A DNA stretch of 64,000 nt, from assembly GCA_964252035.1 (NCBI GenBank), contig OZ176206.1; one strand, given 5' to 3'. Shown in pieces: positions 12,101 through 40,950 of this stretch. Source of the DNA: Podarcis erhardii (Eukaryota). The position numbers and the translations under genes were made by a program. The notes beneath the pieces are model-generated. The model ran no database searches, had not been told where the DNA came from, and worked only from the letters and a program-made list of their open reading frames with translations. Position 1 is the first letter of the stretch. Each line of letters opens with the position of its first letter.

Positions 12101-15100
12101 ATCAGCCTCAGGCTGGCCACGCTGCCTCCCATGGGCCGCTGGCTGAGAGCAGCCTGCCCAGCCAGAATAGACCTCTCTGGTAAGTGGCTGCTGGGCCTGG
12201 GCGTGTCAAGTTGCCCTTTCTGGAGCCAGGTAGCCACTTGCCTCTTTCGACCCCAGGTGCCTTGTGCCCAGAGGGCCAAGCTGGCAAGCCTGGGGAGGCT
12301 TAGCAGGGGCTCTTGTCCTCCTGCTCCACAGAACATGACTCAGTGCGGTCTTGAATGGAGGGAAGGAGCTTGTGTAGGACAGTGCAGGGGGGATTTGATA
12401 GGAAAGGGGCTGTGAGTGACATTTGGCTCCTGGCTTGAGTGCCGGGGGATCCTTTCCCTGCAAGGCAGAAGCAAGCCCTGGGCTCACTGAGGAGCAGCAG
12501 CATGATGTGCAGGGTCTCATGCAAGGGCACAGAAGATGAGTTGGGTGCAAGCAGCATCCAGCATCCTTTGCAGCACTGCAAGGTCTCCTGGGGAGAGTCC
12601 CACTCTTGGGTTATGGGCTTGGGTGGGTGGTTGGGCAGGAGGCTGTGCGGTTTCTTACGTGACCCCATTTGGGCTATTTTTTGCAGGTGGCTGGAGCGAC
12701 ACCCCTCCCATCACCTATGAACACGGAGGTGCAGTGGTGGACCTGGCCGTCCTGGTGGATGGGCACAGGCCCATTGGTGCACAGGCCCAGCGCATTGCCG
12801 AGCCAGAGCTGCGGCTCGTTAGCCGCAGCGGGAGGCTGGAGGGAGAGATGGTGGTGGAGCTGGTCTGCAGAGACCTGGAAGACCTGCGGGATTACTGCCA
12901 GCCTCATGCACCCGGTAAGAGCCCCTTTTCCTGGAGCGGGAAGGGAGCAACTGTACCAAAGCAGCTTCCTTGCTTGCTGTGAGGAAACCCTGTGAGAGGC
13001 ATATCAGGTGGCAGTAGGGAGCCCTGTACTGGCTGGGCTGTAGCTCAGTGGTAGAATAGCTGTTTTGAATGCAGAAGGTTCCTGGTTCAATCCCCTGCAG
13101 CATCTCTAGGTTGGACTGCCTGAAATCCTGGAGAACTGCCGCCTGTCAGTGTAGACAATACTGAGCTAAATGGACCCAAGGGTTGACTTGTTATAAGGCA
13201 GCTTCCTATGATTCTAGGCAGAGTTGCATCTGCTATAAAATGTGCCTTTTGTTTTCACATGTCTGTCGGAGGCCTGAGAGTAGCCAGCCTCTTGCTCCTC
13301 TTTTAATGGGCCTCAGGACCAGCTACTCACTTGCTAGTTCACAATGCTTTGGAATGAGGCCAGTTTCTCTGCAATGCCATCTTGACTCTTGTTGTGAATT
13401 GTGCCCGCCCTCCAGTGTCACTCCTGCTGACTTTTGAAGTGGCTCCCCTGCCTGATCTCCCCACTATGGCCTGTTAGGTTTCATTGCATTCCCACTCCCG
13501 AGTTCAGATCCTAACTGCAACCCCGCCAGCCCCATCCCAAGTCCAGGTCTCATTTCTTTCCACTGTGGGCCAGAAAGGGGCTGTCCTGGCTTCCACCCCC
13601 ATCTTTCTTCTTCTTCTTAGGAGCTTTGTTGAAAGCAGCCTTGATTTGCACCCACATTGTGGACCTTGCTTCTCAGAATTCCTTGCGGGAGCAACTGATG
13701 GAACACTTTGGAGGCGGCTTTGAAGTCCGCACCTGGTCACGTCTTCCTCACGGATCAGGACTGGGTATGCCTCCAACCTCTCTACGTGCATGCCTGGCAT
13801 TGCTCAAGGGGACCTAGCAAAGATCTCAGGTCCACTCTGGCAGCATTTCTCTTGTTGACGTTGGAGGGGCCTCGTGTATCCTGCCCTGCTCCAAAGGCAT
13901 GAGATGAGAACCCCATCCACCTCTCTTTCCTTTCCTCCATTCAACTTCAGTGCTTTTTTATATACTTCAACAAACACCACTATTGCTTCATTACGTGAAC
14001 CACCTTTTGAACACAACACCCACATAACTAGCTGTAAAGTAACATAACGTGATATGTAATAAAAATGTAATTTTAATTGTCATATCAAAAAGCACAGTTC
14101 CTGATGGCAACATATCTTAACTTCTATATATATTGGTATCGTAAAGTCCAAGGATTGTCAAGTCCAAAGATTACAATGCAGTTCCTGTTGGCAATGCCAT
14201 TACATTGCAAGCAGGAACTGCATTGTAATCTTTGGACTTGACAATCCTTGGACTATTCCAATATATATAGAAGATATGATGCATTGCCATCAGGAACTGT
14301 GCTTTTTGATATGATGATTAAAATTACAGTTTTATTACATATCATGTTATGTTACTTTACAGCTAGTTACGTGTGTGTTGTGGTTTTTATATACTTCTGC
14401 AGACCTTGTGCTCCTTCCCTTGAGTTTTCCAAACCTCCCTCTTGTTTGCCACTGTTGCTCTTTCGGCTGTAGAAGAACAGAAATAGAAGTAGAATATGAG
14501 ATGTTAGGTATATGGAACCTCCAGTTTCCAGGCACTCTGCCATTGACTAGTACCAGCTACCAGGGAGCAACAGCTGGAGATGGCTGTTGTAGGGCTTCTC
14601 AGAGGCATCTACATGGCTAGAGAGGCCTTTGGTCTGACCTAGTCTGGCCCTTCTCATGACAAGGTTCTGGTCTGGTACTGTGGAATCCAAAGGGTGGCAT
14701 AGGGCTCCAGTGACAAAGAAAAAAACTGGTAGGCCTCCACGCACACACACCCCGCTAGCCATGTTGTGCTCACTTGCCCTCTCCTATAGGCACCAGCAGC
14801 ATCCTGGCGGGGGCTGTGATGGCTTCTTTATACCAGGCATCTGGGCACTCCACCAGTGTTGAGTCCCTCATCCACGCCGTGCTGCATTTGGAGCAGGTTC
14901 TCACCACAGGTAAGACCTTTTATTTGTTCTGCTGCACATGCCAAAGAAACCAAAAATCTGCAGAAAGGGAGATGTCTAACTCAGTGCCATCTCTCCCTCC
15001 TTTTCTTGAAGTTAGCCTCAAATATAGCATTAGCAGGGCCTCGAAGGCATTTCTTCATCTGCCTTGGTAGCTCAGTCGGTACAGCATGACAGTCTTAATC

Positions 15101-18100
15101 TCACGGCTGTGTATTCAAGCCCCATGTTGGGCAAAAGATTCCTGCATTGCAGGGGGTTGAACGAGATTATCCTTGTGGTCCCTTCCAGCTCTACAATTCT
15201 GTGATCAAGACTTGGCTGGAATCTCTCCAGTTCATTTGACTGCTGTGATTTCAAAGGTGCTGTTGGCTGTTTTCTTCCAGAAAATATTTTGGGGTGTTTC
15301 TGTTGCTTGCACAAAACTGCTCCCTCTTCTCCACAGTTCTGGCCACGTCTGATTCCCATGTCTGTATGTTTCATTGGATGAATGTTTTTATTCCTTCTAT
15401 GCTGCTCCTTTTAAAATGTCATATCCTGCCCTTCTGCCAAGCAGCTAAGTCAGTGACCTCCTTCTTGCTTTGCAGACTTTTGCCCTCCACTTGAGTAACA
15501 CATAAACAGGTCTTACGCCAGTCTGGATTCTGGTGCCTTCCAAGCAACTGGGCCAGTCCAGTAGCTTCTGCCCTTTGGCTGTGTTTTTGACTTTGCCCTG
15601 AAGGAATGTGCATAATAAAAGGCAGAGCCCCCACCAACAGCCTGACCCAGACTTGTTAGGAAGACAGGAAAACTAGCCTTGTGATGAAAGGATTCTTGTG
15701 CGATGAAAGAGTTTTTCAGAGGCAGCTTTTCAGAGTTGTGATCTGGGCCTGTGCCCAGAGGTGGAGAGGAGCCAAAAGTGATTAGAAGCAAACAGGGTTC
15801 TAGGTCAAAGAGGAAAAGGCAGTGGGTGGGATGCATGAGAGTGAGGGTGAAGGCAGAGCAGCCCTTTCAGGCCAAAGGGAAGGGCTAGGTTGAAGGCAGG
15901 GGGATCCTCATTTGCATCTCTTAGATATGCAATGGGATGTATAGGAGGAGGGTCTTTACCGTTTCTCAGTGTCCTTTTCTTTTGATAATTACATTCAGTG
16001 CTGCTTTGCCACTGGGGCAGAGCATTCCCATGCAGATAAACCGATGTGGGTGTATCTCTATTGGCTGAAGCAAGGATCTATTTTTGGTATTCTGCTTCTC
16101 ACACCTACAGTACTTCCTAATATTGCCGAGGATGAGACATCATGGAAAGGTGCTCAATCTGACAGGGGAAATCACTTTTGATTAACCCCTCTCCATGGCA
16201 CGGTTCCTACTCAAAGGGTGCCCAGGATAGCTTACAACATAGAACGGGATAAAACCAACAGCAAAATACAATAATTAAATGGCCATCATCATTCTGCAGG
16301 CCTGGACAAATAAAAGGACTTCAAGTGATGTTAATAATGTGAATTCTATCCCATGCTTTATCATGTCTAATTATACATTTTTAAACTATAAAAACATGGT
16401 GTAATAATTGAAACCGGATTAAACCAAAGCAGGGTCCTTCTGTCCTTTCCCACATCAGCAATTTTACTGCTTCAGAAAGGAAGAGGGTTCCCAACTATAG
16501 ATTAAGTCTTCTCTCCATTGGATCAGAGACCCCTCCTGCCTCCCACAAGGGATTCACCTGGCAACTGGTAAACAAGCAGGATCTCTTCCTCAACACTTGT
16601 TCTTGTTCCTTGCAGGTGGAGGGTGGCAGGACCAAGTGGGTGGGCTGGTGCCAGGCCTCAAGATTGGGCGTTCAAAGCCTCAGCTGCCACTAAAGGTAGA
16701 AGTGGAGCAAATCACCGTCCCAGAGGGCTTCATACACACCCTGAATGAGCACCTGCTCCTGCTGTACACGGGCAAGACCCGCCTGGCCCGCAACCTGCTC
16801 CAGGTACGGAAGGTGCTTGGAGGTGCCAGTTGTGGCCTGAGGTCCACAGCTCTGACGTACCTTAGAGCAGAGAGTTGTACCTGTCCTACAACAGGTGTAC
16901 CTTTCTCCCTGTGCTGTTGGCATGATGCATTTCACCCTTGAGTTTTGGTCTACACAGGTAGGATGACTCACCTGGTAGGGTTGCATGTATTCTTATTAAT
17001 AGTTTTCTTATTGTTTTATTACCCCCCCTTCACCCTAAGGTCCTAGGGACATGTAAAATGCAATTTATTTTATTATTTATTTCAATTATATCCCACCTTT
17101 TCCTCCAATAATAATAATAATAATAATTTATTATTTATACCCCGCCCATCTGGCTGGGCCTCCCCAGCCACTCTGGGCGGCTTCCATAGAAACCAAAAAT
17201 ACACTAAAATATCACATGTTAAAAACTTCCCTGAACAGGGCTGCCTTAAGATGTCTTCTGAATGTCAGGTAGTTGTTTATTGCTTTGACATCTGCTGGAA
17301 GGGTGTTCCACAGGGCGGGCGCCACTACCGAGAAGGCCCTCTGCCTGGTTCCCTGTAGCTTTGCTTCTCGCAATGAGGGAACCGCCAGAAGGCCCTCGGC
17401 GCTGGACCTCAGCGTCCGGGCAGAACGATGGGGGTGGAGACGCCAAGCTCCAAGGAGCTTGAGGTGGCCTACAGGGTTCTATCCCTCCTCAATTTAATCT
17501 CCATTAACAACCCTGTGAAGTAGGTTAGACTGAGGCACTGACTGGCCCCCAAGGTCACTCAGTGAGTTTCATGGTCGTGTGGGGATTTGAACCCTGGTCT
17601 CCCAGGTTCTAGTCCAGTGTTCTAACCAATGACACCAGGATGGCTCTCAATTAAAACACAATGTTAAAAAGAGTATTTTTACACTGGCACTTTCCCCAAG
17701 GTGCAGGAGGGTGGTTGTAGAGGAGGAATTTGCTAAGCCTTTCTTCCTCTAAGCACTCTTGAGCACCAGAAAGGGAGACAATTTTTAATTGCTTCCTTTT
17801 CTTTCAGGATGTTCTAAGGAACTGGTATGCCCGGCTACCCGCCATTGTGCAGAATGCCAGCGCGCTGGTGAACAATGCAGAGGAGTGTGCCCAGGCCCTT
17901 CGGCAAGGTACTGCAGTTTGTTCATTGGGCATCTTGTACAGCTCATTACCCAGGGCAGAGGCTACAGCGCCTCTGCTCAAAACACCTTGCACAGAAACCA
18001 TCTCCTATGTTGAACAGGCTCTCATTTTGCAACTAGGATAGTTGTGTGCATATGTGTGCTTCAGAGCAATTACCCCAGGCAACAACCAATGGGAGTAGGA

Positions 18101-19779
18101 GGGGGGCATCTTTTAAGATGTCATCATGGACTTTAAAGGTAAAGGTAAAGGTACCGCAGACCATCAGGTCCAGTCGTGACCGACTCTGGGGTTGCGCACT
18201 CATCTCGCTCTATAGGCCGGGAGCCGGCGCTTGTCCGCAGACAGCTTCCGGGTCACATGGCCAGCGTGACTAAGCCGCTTCTGGCGAGCCAGAGCAGCAC
18301 ACGGAAACGCCGTTTACCTTCCTGTCGGGGAGCGGTCCCTATTTATCTACTTGCACTTTGCGGTGCTTTCGAACTGCTAGGTGGGCAGGAGCAGGGACCG
18401 AACAACGGGAGCTCACCCTGTCGCGGGGATTCGAACCGCCGACCTTCCGATCGGCAAGTCCTAGACTCTGTGGTTTACCCCACAGCGCTACCCGCATCCC
18501 CATCATGGACTTTAGTCTTCCCCAAATTGCTGTAGCCCAAAACATCTGGAGGGCAAGCCCCATCAGCCCCAGCCAGCACTCACTGGTTTGGGGAAAGCAA
18601 TTCTATCTAGCTGGATCTTGTAGCGCTCCTCTTGCTAGATTGAAAGCAGCAGAGAAGCAGCAGGGAAGAGCAGCCAGAGCTACTATCTTCCCACTTCTGT
18701 GGTGGGCAGCCCAGCCCAGGTGTCAGATTTCCCCAGAAGGAAGAAGGCTGACATGCACACCATGTGATTGGAGCCAAGAGCACTGTCTGGCTGTATCTGA
18801 CAGGGAAAGGAGACCTAGCAACTTTGCTCTAAGATGGGCTAATCGTTCAATGCCAGAGTGTCCTGTAACTCCTCCTTCTCACCCCAGGCAACCTGGCTCT
18901 CTTGGGCAAGTGTATGAATCATTACTGGCTGCAGAAGAAGAATATGGCCCCTGGGTGTGAGCCTTTGGCTGTCCGGCGCATGATGGAGGTGCTCCAGCCT
19001 CATGTTTATGGGCAGAGCATGGCTGGCGCTGGAGGAGGTGGCTTTCTCTATGTTTTAACTAAAGAGCCCAGGAACCAAGAGGCCTTGCAGAGGATCTTGA
19101 TGGAAACAGAGGTGAGTGGAGCCAACTCCTAAGTCCCTATCAATCGGTGTCCCCCTGCAGAAATTTCAGCAGGTTTGGGGTCCAGGAGCAGGTTAATGCA
19201 CACCCTCTCCCAAGGAAATTTGGAGAGGAGAAATTCAGTGATGGGTGGGTACCATGTAGTTGCAGGGAGGGGGAGCCTCACACTTGGGAGCTGAGTTTGG
19301 CCCTCCAGGCCTCTCTAACAGGCCCTTGAGATTCTGGCCAGGGTTAGGCCACACCCCTTGCCAAGGCTACACTTCTCACCAATACTGCTTAGCATAATCT
19401 TTGAGTGCTTTGGCTGAGCTCTTCTGTTGTGATGATGCCCCTTTGCTTGGTCAGATGGAGACATGTGGCAGTGTGTAGAAACCTAATTTTTCAGAGCTAG
19501 CCTCCTGGCCAAAGAGAACAGTGGCCTCTGCACTGGCCTGTGACCTTCTAGGGCATGTAGGCCTAATGTCAGGTCAGGAGTGGCAGTCGACCCCCTTGTA
19601 GTGTTGAAGTTCCACCGGGCTGCAGAACAAAATATTCTGATTTAAATATTTTGTAGTGAAGATTTCACTCACCCTGCATGCCTTCCTTTCAGGGCCTGGG
19701 GAATTTCAGCATCCACACTGTGGAGGTGGACACAGCTGGGTTCCAAATACAGCTTCTGGAGGAGGATTGGGAACCATAG
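182..19779 (+). CDS. FCSK: L-fucose kinase (FCSK/FUK), 5' part outside window; 21 coding exons, 1013 aa visible
   Basis: Hand-spliced exons, all GT-AG and frame-continuous: 182-232, 463-588, 770-842, 1080-1177, 1798-1878, 2506-2625, 5695-5869, 6492-6619, 7104-7205, 7959-8129, 8382-8452, 9628-10004, 10603-10813, 12013-12179, 12687-12914, 13621-13764, 14790-14909, 16616-16803, 17808-17907, 18888-19111, 19693-19779 (TAG); total 3042 nt. Recognised motifs: [31 protein letters not shown], and GHMP-kinase motifs [39 protein letters not shown]. Confidence 0.97.
4488..4825. mobile_element. Tigger-derived MITE (338 bp) in FCSK intron
   Basis: Same TIRs as 57363-60277 (cagtggtgcctcgcaagacgaa ... ttcgtcttgtggggcaccactg); TA on both sides (4486-4487, 4826-4827); internal ttagcggc repeats; right ~135 bp aligns by eye to 60143-60277. 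Confidence 0.93.
4876..5395 (-). mobile_element. L1/Tx1-like LINE 3' end
   Basis: T-run with tttatt (minus-strand AATAAA) at the left end; minus frame ..[26 protein letters not shown].. resembles the ORF2 C-terminus of squamate L1-like elements. Confidence 0.6.
7420..7625 (+). mobile_element. MIR-like/squamate core SINE
   Basis: gtatggtgtaggggttaaga...ctgggagaccagggtttgaatctcccactcagcc...gaagctcactggg...acctacc...gttgtgagga-type core; an antisense relative lies at ~17455-17640. Confidence 0.65.
8601..9261 (+). mobile_element. Sauria SINE (5'-truncated), interrupted by a nested L1 3' end
   Basis: Characteristic body gcttggacttgccgatc...ctagcagttcgaaagcac...tgcaagtagataaa..gtacc and (ACCTTT)n tail at ~9245-9261; split by the insert at 8662-8955. 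Confidence 0.88.
8662..8955 (+). mobile_element. L1-like retrotransposon 3' end with poly(A), nested in Sauria SINE
   Basis: TSD gaatcccagcgacgg at 8647-8661 and 8956-8970; GT-rich 3' UTR ending in an A-run. Confidence 0.78.
13035..13210 (+). mobile_element. tRNA-derived SINE (Squam3-like)
   Basis: Head gggctgtagctcagtggtaga...ggttcaatccc followed by the body gtcagtgtagacaatactgagctaaatggacc...ataaggcagcttcctatg; related fragments near 11470-11560 and 33450-33530. Confidence 0.8.
13969..14383. repeat. Fold-back (palindromic) insertion with ~180-bp inverted arms, unassigned family, in FCSK intron
   Basis: Arms from 14012 and to 14382 are reverse complements (roughly 90% by eye), closing on a loop near 14197-14202; direct repeat tttttatatacttc flanks it at 13955-13968 and 14384-14397. 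Confidence 0.88.
15061..15205 (+). mobile_element. tRNA-Lys-derived SINE with CR1-type 3' tail
   Basis: Degenerate tRNA-Lys(CTT)-like head 15061-15133 (tagctcagtcggtacagcatgacagtcttaatctca...) joined to ggtcccttccagctctacaattctgtgat; antisense tail remnants near 51805-51860 and 63395-63465. Confidence 0.75.
17107..17415 (-). mobile_element. L2 LINE 3' end
   Basis: (AAT)n/TTTA tail, then cccgcccatctggctggg..cagccactctgggcggctt...cagggctgccttaagatgtcttct..gttccacagggcgggcgccactaccgagaaggccct; the same family occurs at ~39540-39665. Confidence 0.75.
18136..18500 (-). mobile_element. Sauria SINE, near full length
   Basis: (aaaggt)n = reverse of the ACCTTT tail at the left end; tRNA-like head at the right end; 14-bp TSD catcatggacttta at 18122-18135 and 18501-18514. 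Confidence 0.92.
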
Positions 19780-20022
19780 GCACTGCAGGGTTTCCTGCCC
19801 ACGTCCTACAGCTGTGCAAGATCTATGGACGAATGACTCAGTGGCTGAATTTGGTTTAGTATTTCTTTGGAAGATTCATGCACTCCTTCACTGCAGATGG
19901 GGTGAAAACAGCAGCTGCCCCACCCAAGTGAAAAACAATACTTCGTTGTGAATTAGTAGGGCCTGGCAGTCAGATCTACAGCATTCTTCAGGAAATTATG
20001 TGAAGTAATCAATGAAAAACTT

Positions 20023-20055
20023 TTTATTTCCTTGCTGATGTAATTCTCTTTTATT
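20023..20055 (-). terminator. COG4 polyadenylation signals (AATAAA x2)
   Basis: tttatt on the + strand at 20023-20028 and 20050-20055, about 600 nt past the COG4 stop. Confidence 0.6.
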
Positions 20056-20655
20056 TAAATTGACCCACCCTCCACACAGCATATGATGAACACATTAAGG
20101 GATCTTAAATGAATTCAGACCATTGATTGGTGGAGCTCAGCACTGTTGACTCTGACTGGAGGCAGCTATCCAGGGTCATAGTCAGGCATCTTAACTGTCT
20201 GTTTCTAAAGAGCCTTTTCACTGGAAACACCAAGGACAGAATGCAGAATCTACTGGCATAGAAGACATGTCTACATCCCCCAAAGCACCATCTTGTTCCT
20301 GTGACTTAGTTGATCTGTGGTCTTAGCCCCAATTAACTAAAATTTACAATATTTGCCTGGCAATTTCAGTTGCTATTTAACTTGAATTTGTGTAGAAATG
20401 TTTGTGCATTATGATAAAGATATAGAAACAGGTGAGCTGTACCAACTTGCAGAAAAACAAGAGAGAAATCTCTGAAGGAGGAACTAAGGTTTTGAAGTTT
20501 ACCCAACGTATACTGAGTTGGCTGTTCTTTCAGCTTCAGAGATCCCACTGGGAAAGGGACTTGCATTTCCCTCCAGTCTTAAGAAGATAGCAAGGTCTTC
20601 TTAGAAGAGGGCACCAGTGATCTCCACTAGCAGGAGTAGGTTGTTGCAAAGACAG

Positions 20656-38951
<18,296 letters not shown>

Positions 38952-40089
38952 TTTGGCCCCGCGTCGTTCTAGAGATAAGAAAATTGAAGAGTCGCGCTGG
39001 ATTAGCCAGAAAATGGCGCTTCCGGGCTCCTGTGGACGCTTTTTTTAATGGTACCCTCCTCCCCCGCCCGGGTCCTAAGCGTAAACGGACCACAGAAGCC
39101 GCGGGATGGCGGCTTTTGTTACTGATCTGTAATTAGATTTCTGCGCCCTCTTTCGGCCAGGAAGCTTACGGCTCTCCTCCCACATTTTATTCTCACAACC
39201 ACCCTGCGAGGTAGGCCTACAAGCCGAGAGGCAGTGCTTAGCCTAAGGGCAGCCTCTGACTTCCAAGGCTGAGCGGGAGCGTTGAAGCCGGGTCTCCCGC
39301 GGTCTCCCCTGGCTCTTGATGTTTTACTTCATTTCACTTTGCCTCTCTTCGCCTTTCCTCCAAAGGGCCCAAAGCGCTGTACGCAGTCTCCGTGCTCCAC
39401 GGGGGTTGCTTTATCCTCACAAAACCCCTGCGAGAGAGACGGGGACATGCCCGAGACCTCCCAAGTCCTGGTCTAACACGGTCACCAGGACCCCGCACCG
39501 GCTCAGTGCATTTCAGCCCAAGCGTTTCAACATAACAACAATTATTTTTTTTTTTACCCCAGCCACTCTGGGCGGCTTGCAGCATATATATAAACATAGT
39601 CAAACACCAAGCATTAAAAGCTCCCCGATACAGGGCTGCCTTCAGATGTCTTCTAAAAGAATACAAGCGGGGAATAAAACTCGCGAGGCAACGGAGCACA
39701 GGGAGACAAAGGCTGGCAGGAGAATGGACAGAAAAGACAGTGAAGCTCCTAGAAAATGGGGAAAGCACAGCGTCCAAAACTGAATTCGGCTTCCGGCGTC
39801 CGTGTATACGTCTACCCAAAATAGACTATAGCAGACAAATCGTCACATCCGGGAACATTAATATAGGTGCCTAAGCTATTGCCTGTGTCTCGGGGTGGGG
39901 ATGGGGAAACAACCACCAACAGCGGCGTTTCTATTGCAGAATAAAATAGTGAGATTATTTCCTGAGCAAAACAACAACAACTCCAAGCTAAAACGGGTGA
40001 AGTGGAACAGTCCAAGCCGCGCGGGGGTTGCTTCCGGCACGCCGTGGCCAGCCCAATCGCTCAGTTCCGCGCTACGGACGTGGAAGGAC

Positions 40090-40193
40090 CCAAGGAGCGC
40101 GGGAGGCCGCTGAGGCAATGGCGGTGCTTGACTGCGGGCTGTGGAGGAAGTGAAGCAGCGGCAGGATCCGCCGCCATCCGCGCTGCTCCTGCG
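40090..40193 (+). other. Candidate non-coding exon 1 of SF3B3
   Basis: Lies in the second CpG cluster and ends in gcg|gtaaac; coding exon 2 has a clear acceptor at 40917/40918, so an upstream exon must exist. The start coordinate is a guess. Confidence 0.4.
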
Positions 40194-40950
40194 GTAAACG
40201 CCGCCAGATCCCTTTCAGAATTAGGCTGCAACTTCTCTAATCCCCGGCGGGAGGAGGCCATGGCGTATTTGTAGGCTGCCACGCGCGCGGTGTTACCGAG
40301 GCCCTTGAGTGAACCGTTGCTGGGCGACGCCGGTGCGGGCGGGAAAGAGCTCTGGACAAGCAGGCAGTGAGGGTGCCGCGCTTTGTACACTTCTCTGGAC
40401 AATTTTGGCCGCATTTTCACTTTGCCCACTGAGGGGAGGGGGCGCCTAGCAGCAGCGGTAGGACGCGCGCTGCTTTTTCGCAAACCACGAAGGAGTTTTT
40501 CGTGCAGGGTTTAAGCCCGACCCTCCATTGTTTTAACCCACATAGCTTGCAATACCAAGGCAGGTTTATTGTGGAGGGGGAAGCCCCGTTGAGCGGGGTG
40601 GCAGTTACGTTTGAGTCAGCGTGGAGAGGACGGTGCTGTTCTTTATTTGTAAGAGACTTATTTCTCTCCGCCCATCCCTACTGCACGTGTACTCGAAAGT
40701 GGATGTGGTCAGGATTTATGCAGCCGTGCAGTCCTGTGCATGTCTACTCAGAAATAAGGCCTGTTAAAATTGTTCTCCCTGATCATGCCATACATCTTTT
40801 AAGTTGTCTAATACTTTTTAAAATAACTGTTTGGTGAGCTGGACTTTAGTCCATAAAATCTTATATCATAAATACACACATAGTGTATTAACTGCTTGGT
40901 GTTCCTTTTCTCAGCAGGTGAACTGAGGGGAAGTGATATCAATCGGCACC

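Noticed and set aside
13035-13105. tRNA-like sequence (gggctgtagctcagtggtaga...ggttcaatccc)
   Set aside because: The cloverleaf stems are broken and it continues into a SINE body, so it is a SINE head and not a tRNA gene.
15061-15133. tRNA-Lys(CTT)-like sequence
   Set aside because: Many substitutions in the D, anticodon and T arms, and fused to a CR1-type tail; a SINE.
18358-18960. 200-aa + strand ORF
   Set aside because: Runs through the antisense Sauria SINE and intron into an FCSK exon in the wrong frame; no coherent protein.
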